Source of the DNA: Candidatus Bathyarchaeia archaeon
GTDB taxonomy: Archaea; Thermoproteota; Bathyarchaeia; 40CM-2-53-6
Assembly (NCBI GenBank): GCA_049513715.1
Contig: JBEKVV010000001.1
Coordinates: 576,001-640,000 of the forward strand
Reading direction: 5' to 3'
Length of the DNA stretch: 64,000 bases
Shown: piece after piece, positions 58,814 through 64,000 of the stretch
Numbering within the stretch: the stretch's first letter is position 1
Layout: every line of letters starts with the position of its first letter
Notes under the pieces: model-generated
Seen by the model: the letters and a program-made list of their open reading frames with translations, nothing else
Database searches by the model: none
What the model was told of the DNA's origin: nothing
Made by a program: the position numbers and the translations under genes

Positions 58814-61093
58814 ATGTTGCGCCTTGGGATGGCTGCGCTGCGCAAAGCGCTGAACCTATGGGCATACGACGACTACGTACAATTCTACGTTGATAACGAT
58901 TTTTGCATAATACCGATTATCCCCGAAACCAAGAAGCCGAACCTGAACGAATGGAAAGAGTTCCAGCAACGAAAGCCGAGTCCCGACGAAATTCAAGAAT
59001 GGTTCGGTGCGAAAGAGAGCCAACGCCGACCGAGCATTGCCGTAATTGCAGGTCGCATTTCAGATAACTTAGTGATAATTGACTTCGACGAACTGGAATG
59101 GTATTCAAAATTCTTTGCAGCGCCGTTCTTGACCACCGCTGAGATCGAAAGCACCACGTTAGTCGACAAGACAAGCCGTGGCGTGCACGTTTTCCTTCGC
59201 TCATACGTGCCAATGAAAAGCTACAACATTCCAGAACTGCACGTGAATGTGCAAAGCGAAGGCCGTTATGCGCTCGTGCCGCCAAGCATTCACCCGTCCG
59301 GTGCGCAGTACACATTTCTGACAGAACCAAGAGCACCCCGCCTAATCGAAAACCTGCCAGACGTTTTGAAGAACCGCATAGAAGGCATGAATTTCCAAGT
59401 GCCAGCGGTCTTAGACCCTATTGCTGAAGGCAACGTTCAGGTTCACGTTCGCCCTTGGCGACGTTTCCCGCCGCAAGTACAAGCGTACTTCGTTGACACG
59501 GAGATTGGAGATCGCCACCATAGGGCGGTCGGCATTGCTTCCACAATGCTGAACGAATGGAAATTCCCGCTAGAAATGGCAAGACAATGGTTGTATGAAT
59601 GGAACGACCTTGTGTTGAAGCGACCAATTCCCGTCGCCGATATTGACCACGCATTACACGAAGCACAAGCGAAAGGCTACGTGTACGGCAAACAAACCAT
59701 TCAACCGGCAGCACTGACCGACGACGAACAAAAGGCCAGCGAAGCCCTAGCGAAAGACCCAGCACTGTTATTCAAAGTGAAAACTGCACTTGGCGGCCTA
59801 GTGGGCGAAGACAACAACCGCTTGCTGCTATTCGTACTGAACCTTGCCAAGCAAAGCGTCGAAATTTCGGGGCAAAGCGCAGGCGGCAAAAGAACATTGG
59901 TCGACGAAGTGCTGCGGGGCTTCCCTGACGACTCATATCAGAAAGTAACGGGCGTCACTGACAAGGCGCTGCGCTATCTTGCTGAAAGCATTCGCACGCT
60001 TTACATTGCTGAACGTGGTGCGCTCGAATCACACGGCGAAGAAACAACTGCGGCGTTCGACGCCAAGATGGTCATTTCAGAAGGCAAACTAAGCATTCTC
60101 GTGCCAGAGAAAGACGAAGAAACAGGCAAAATAAAGTCGACCACGATTGAGACCAAGATCGAGAACATTATTTCCACTAGCACGCAACTGTCGCTGCCTG
60201 AAGAACTAGAAAATCGACTGTGGCGCACGAGCATTGACGACAGCGAAGGCCAGAACGCTAAGGTTCGTGATTACCTACTTGATTCGGCGGCGCAGGCCAA
60301 CGACGACAAGCCTGATTTTGCCCCGCAGAAACAGCAAGTACAAAGTCTCGTCAAACTGATTGAGGTTGAAGCACCGAAGGCCGTTATTGTTCCTTTCGCA
60401 CCGGCTCTGAAGTCGCTGTTACCGAGCGACAAAACACGGGTACGACGAGACACTACGAAGTTGCTTGCCCTGGTGCGATACATTGCTATTCTTCACTACA
60501 AGCAACGCCCAAGTTTCACAGGCAAGAAAGGCATTGTGCATGTCGTTGCCCTTCCCGCCGACCTTTACGCTGCGCTAAGAATTGGTTATGCGGCGTTCGT
60601 TGAAACTCGAACCGGTTTCAATGCCTCAATTCGTCGTGGTTACGAGATAGCAAAGACGCTTTCAGAAATTACCACGGAAGCCGTTCAAAATGCTGGGGGC
60701 GTTAGCGACCGCACTGCCATACGGTACGTCAAGGCACTCAGGAAGCAAGGCATTCTTATTGAATCTGAGAAACGGGGACGAATCCCAATTTATACATTGG
60801 CGCCAAATGCGGCGAAACTTGTCGTCGTCGAAAAGGCGGACGTTCTGGGCCGTTTTGATTGGAAGGAGCTTGAATTAGCCTGCGAAATGGTCGCCGCCAC
60901 GGGGTCCGTAAAATCGCCGGTCATCGACCCGTTGACTGGCGACCTCGTGGACCTGATTGGCGGCGATCATAATTCCAAGGCTGAAACGGCGGACAATCAA
61001 GAAACAACCCAAGAAATGCACTCAGAAATGGCCGCCAAGCCACTTGACGACTTTTCGGCGTTGGCGGCGACGAACACGAGCATTGGGAAGTAG
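58814..61093 (+). CDS. Replication protein: bifunctional primase-polymerase + PriCT-like domain + AAA helicase-like domain + wHTH
   Basis: KKP..WKEFQ, VIIDFD, TSRGVHVF, VPPSIHPSG; GQSAGGK, LYIAE, RVRRD. Confidence 0.85.
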   Translation: MLRLGMAALRKALNLWAYDDYVQFYVDNDFCIIPIIPETKKPNLNEWKEFQQRKPSPDEIQEWFGAKESQRRPSIAVIAGRISDNLVIIDFDELEWYSKFFAAPFLTTAEIESTTLVDKTSRGVHVFLRSYVPMKSYNIPELHVNVQSEGRYALVPPSIHPSGAQYTFLTEPRAPRLIENLPDVLKNRIEGMNFQVPAVLDPIAEGNVQVHVRPWRRFPPQVQAYFVDTEIGDRHHRAVGIASTMLNEWKFPLEMARQWLYEWNDLVLKRPIPVADIDHALHEAQAKGYVYGKQTIQPAALTDDEQKASEALAKDPALLFKVKTALGGLVGEDNNRLLLFVLNLAKQSVEISGQSAGGKRTLVDEVLRGFPDDSYQKVTGVTDKALRYLAESIRTLYIAERGALESHGEETTAAFDAKMVISEGKLSILVPEKDEETGKIKSTTIETKIENIISTSTQLSLPEELENRLWRTSIDDSEGQNAKVRDYLLDSAAQANDDKPDFAPQKQQVQSLVKLIEVEAPKAVIVPFAPALKSLLPSDKTRVRRDTTKLLALVRYIAILHYKQRPSFTGKKGIVHVVALPADLYAALRIGYAAFVETRTGFNASIRRGYEIAKTLSEITTEAVQNAGGVSDRTAIRYVKALRKQGILIESEKRGRIPIYTLAPNAAKLVVVEKADVLGRFDWKELELACEMVAATGSVKSPVIDPLTGDLVDLIGGDHNSKAETADNQETTQEMHSEMAAKPLDDFSALAATNTSIGK

Positions 61094-61179
61094 AAAAAAA
61101 TTTTTGGCGTTCACGTGCACACCCATGCAGCCAGAAGCGGGTTTTCACCGCTCTTATTCTACGCTCGTTCCTTGGGTGC

Positions 61180-61338
61180 TTAGACCTTGATTTTTCTAAC
61201 TCGTATTTCACTGTCAGTCAAGCTAAGCCCTAAGGTGTCGCCTTCCTTCAGACCGAGCGCTTCGGCGATCTCCTTCGGAACTGTGACTCTGAGGCTGTGA
61301 CCTATCATAACCAGTTTCATTTTGAATTCAATGGGCAT
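61180..61338 (-). CDS. AbrB/MazE/SpoVT-family DNA-binding protein, 52 aa
   Basis: Manual translation MPIEFKMKLVMIGHSLRVTVPKEIAEALGLKEGDTL... Confidence 0.85.
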   Translation of the reverse strand: MPIEFKMKLVMIGHSLRVTVPKEIAEALGLKEGDTLGLSLTDSEIRVRKIKV

Positions 61339-61372
61339 GTGCCTTCAACCAAGCATAGAGTATAATCAAAAG

Positions 61373-61418
61373 CTATACTTAAGTATGTGTATAGTGCTAG
61401 ACTATACGTGGTATAGTC
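61373..61418. promoter_or_regulatory. Cluster of CTATAC/GTATAG boxes including the palindrome GACTATAC-GTG-GTATAGTC
   Basis: Seen directly between divergent abrB and the ORF at 61421. Confidence 0.5.
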
Positions 61419-61420
61419 CT

Positions 61421-61795
61421 ATGCAAACACAACGCCCATTCGAAACCGAAGGGCAATATTCCGAGAGATTCCAACGAGAGAATCAAGTTCTCGGCGAATG
61501 GTTAAGCAGCATTCCACCTGAGTTCAAGAAAGAACCCGTTCGAACCTTAGACATAGATTCTCTGAAGGGGCGGGTCTCATATTTCGCTTGGTTTGCAGAA
61601 CACGGCTATACGCTCAAAATGCGGAGCGCATACAAACGGAAACTGGACGAAGCTCAGGAAGCTTTGCGATTGGTCCATGAATGCGCTTGCTGCGGAATTC
61701 TCCTAACTGAGACTCAGGATTCAGTTGGCCCTGAATGCGCCAAGCACCCTGCCAGGTTCCCTTGTAACGCACACAGGGGAATGGGCGTGAATTGA
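61421..61795 (+). CDS. Hypothetical protein with C-terminal zinc finger
   Basis: CACCGILLT..S.GPEC motif; ATG at 61421. Confidence 0.6.
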   Translation: MQTQRPFETEGQYSERFQRENQVLGEWLSSIPPEFKKEPVRTLDIDSLKGRVSYFAWFAEHGYTLKMRSAYKRKLDEAQEALRLVHECACCGILLTETQDSVGPECAKHPARFPCNAHRGMGVN

Positions 61796-63196
61796 ATGCC
61801 TCAAGGCACCGGAATTCTTTGTGGCGATCTGAAAATGTCGCCTCCCTGGGCGCAGTGGGAAAAAGAGGACGACGATTTTCACCGGTGGTTTGCCGCACTC
61901 AAAAGCGACACGACTCGAAAGGTGTACTGGTACGCCATAAGCAACGTGCACCGTGCCTTGAACCTGCGACCAAAACAGATCGTGGCCGCCTACAAGGCCG
62001 GTGGGCAAACCAAGCAAGACTTTGTCGACCGCCTTGACGAACACATTCAGGAATTGAAAGCAGCCGACAAAGTGCCCACTGCGAAAGGCCAATGGATTGC
62101 CGTCGTTAGCCTCTTAGATTATCGGGGCGCAATCAAAAGCGCCAAGGAATTCGAAATAAAACAGCCCGAAGACGAAACCATAGCGCCACAGCACATTCCA
62201 ACCCAAGAAGAATACGAAGCCATGCTGCGCCACGGCGCAAGCGCACGAGACCGTTTTCTCATGAGTTTCCTACGTTGGGCAGGCGGCCGCAGAGGCGTAG
62301 CTAACGACCCTGAACCAATGCGCCTGCGCCACTTGGTTGACCTAGACATTTCAGCGCTCAAGCAGGGCACCGTTACGTTCACACACAAAACGACCTGCGC
62401 GGTGCTCATGTATGCTGGCCTAAAAGACGGCGAGATTGTACGTTACAAGGAAACCTACGTTTCGTTCTTCCCACAGGAAACCATGCAACTACTCAGCGAA
62501 TACCTGCAGGCTAGAATGCGAGAAGGCGAGCAAATCACCGCTGACAGCTACTTGTTCACCTACGACCGCAACAGCGTGGTCAAGAAACCGTTCGCCCCAA
62601 TCACCAACCAAACGGTCAGCCGCATAGTCAGCGACGCTTCAATGACTGCAGGCTACATCATTCAATCAAAGCACCGCAAGAAACCCAAGGCCAAGTTCAC
62701 CGCCCATTCACTACGCCGCCTAATGTACAATTCACTCGCAGGCATTGACGACGTCGACAAAGAAGCCTTAGACGGCCACGTAAAAGGCGTTAAGGCCCGC
62801 TACCACGGCAGCGTCGACGATCTCGTGAAAGTAATAGAATTCATGCGGGGCAAATACGAATTCGGCATGCGCCACCACTTAGGCACCGAAGGCGCTGATT
62901 TACGCAAGCAAATGATTCTTGACTTCGCCAGAACACAGGGTCTGAAAGACGACGAAATAGCGACTATTCAGAAAGGGCTTGGTATGGCAGCAGACGTAGA
63001 AGCTCTACGTGAAGCAATCGTCGCCGCAGTGAAAGCCAAGCAACCAATAACCATACGCACAGCACAGGACGGCGGCACCCGCCCGCTCGACGCCCTACTA
63101 ATCAACGAAACCGACCTATGCGAGCACTTGGCGCTTGGCTGGGAAGTAGTACGGGAATTGAGCGACGGGAAGATTGCGATAAGGAGAAACCATTAG
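61796..63196 (+). CDS. Tyrosine recombinase/integrase
   Basis: GGRRG (catalytic R), HSLRR, GH, ARY catalytic Tyr. Confidence 0.9.
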   Translation: MPQGTGILCGDLKMSPPWAQWEKEDDDFHRWFAALKSDTTRKVYWYAISNVHRALNLRPKQIVAAYKAGGQTKQDFVDRLDEHIQELKAADKVPTAKGQWIAVVSLLDYRGAIKSAKEFEIKQPEDETIAPQHIPTQEEYEAMLRHGASARDRFLMSFLRWAGGRRGVANDPEPMRLRHLVDLDISALKQGTVTFTHKTTCAVLMYAGLKDGEIVRYKETYVSFFPQETMQLLSEYLQARMREGEQITADSYLFTYDRNSVVKKPFAPITNQTVSRIVSDASMTAGYIIQSKHRKKPKAKFTAHSLRRLMYNSLAGIDDVDKEALDGHVKGVKARYHGSVDDLVKVIEFMRGKYEFGMRHHLGTEGADLRKQMILDFARTQGLKDDEIATIQKGLGMAADVEALREAIVAAVKAKQPITIRTAQDGGTRPLDALLINETDLCEHLALGWEVVRELSDGKIAIRRNH

Positions 63197-63380
63197 CTGA
63201 AAAAGCGCGCGCTTTCGGGTTCTGTTAAGACTTCGGGTGATGTTTTTTCTGTTAAGCATCGGGTCTTGTGCCTATTGAGTGCATTCTGTATCGTGGATAT
63301 CGTGGACGCCATAATCCTAACCTCACGCTAACTCGTATCTCCATAGACCCAACCAAATAAGTCAGAACGCAAAAAGTAGT

Positions 63381-63674
63381 TCAGTCTAGTTCGGGGTCTC
63401 TGTTTTCCGAGAAATCTTTCAAAATCGTTGAGAAATCCCAAACCCAAAATCGCTGATTATCCGCTCTCCGCAGGTATCTCCACCAGAACCACAAATTCAC
63501 TGAGAGAACGAACAGAGTAAGGGCTGTCAGCAAAACTGCGAATCTCGCGAACTCCCACGGTGAACTCAAATATTCTGGGTGCAGCGATAGAACAAAGAAA
63601 CCGACCCCGTCAATGAGAGCCACAACTGAAAGCACACGCAGGAAGAGGTGTTCTTTGCTCGTTAATCCTTTCAA
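63381..63674 (-). CDS. Small 2-TM membrane protein
   Basis: Two hydrophobic helices; paralogue of 63696-63902. Confidence 0.55.
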   Translation of the reverse strand: MKGLTSKEHLFLRVLSVVALIDGVGFFVLSLHPEYLSSPWEFARFAVLLTALTLFVLSVNLWFWWRYLRRADNQRFWVWDFSTILKDFSENRDPELD

Positions 63675-63695
63675 CTTTCTTCCCTCCTAACGCAC

Positions 63696-63902
63696 TTAGA
63701 GTACGCCGTATCTCCAGAGGACGAACCAAATGTTAATGAGGAGCGGTACCAGCGTAACAACAATGACTAAGAACGCCAGTACACCATAGCCGAATCTCAT
63801 TACCTTCTGGCTCTTTATGGATATCAAGTAAAATATGATTGCGTCGGTAAGAGCAACAATGATGATTACACGAAGAGTCAAATCATAAAGTAACGAAAAC
63901 AT
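63696..63902 (-). CDS. Small 2-TM membrane protein
   Basis: GAGGAG SD; two hydrophobic helices. Confidence 0.55.
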   Translation of the reverse strand: MFSLLYDLTLRVIIIVALTDAIIFYLISIKSQKVMRFGYGVLAFLVIVVTLVPLLINIWFVLWRYGVL

Positions 63903-64000
63903 TCAACTCATCTCCTCTCGTTTCGGCTTTGATGGATTCGATTGACGAGGCTTGACAAGGATAACTATTTCCCCACCTTGAGCCCGCATCTTCCATTCCA

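Larger units (their letters stand above)
56259..63196. mobile_element. Integrated plasmid/virus-like element (boundaries uncertain)
   Basis: HTH repressor divergent from prim-pol/helicase, AbrB, tyrosine integrase and small zinc-ribbon genes. Confidence 0.75.

Overview
Archaeal DNA (TACK-type; a Bathyarchaeia-like lineage is my inference from gene order and protein style). 1-34.6 kb is mostly core genome: EF-2, FEN1, DNA ligase, Dph6, MTA/SAH deaminase, MenA-like prenyltransferase, two AhcY paralogues, ECF transporter, prefoldin beta, MetF, a TGT-like protein, a short SMC5/6-like ATPase with kleisin- and kite-like partners, Gar1-TFB, IleRS, KEOPS genes, uS15 and eS1. About 34.7-56.2 kb is an accessory, defence-like island with TIR/NDT-, DUF4145- and HEPN-like genes, membrane proteins, gene fragments and dispersed tRNA-3'-end-like repeats. 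About 56.2-63.2 kb is an integrated plasmid/virus-like module (HTH, prim-pol/helicase, AbrB, tyrosine integrase). Top finding: the EF-2 gene is interrupted just before its P-loop by a 28-nt insert that folds into a canonical bulge-helix-bulge motif; cutting at the canonical sites restores the conserved reading frame, making it a candidate tRNA-type intron in an essential mRNA. All protein assignments come from motif recognition; no database searches were run.
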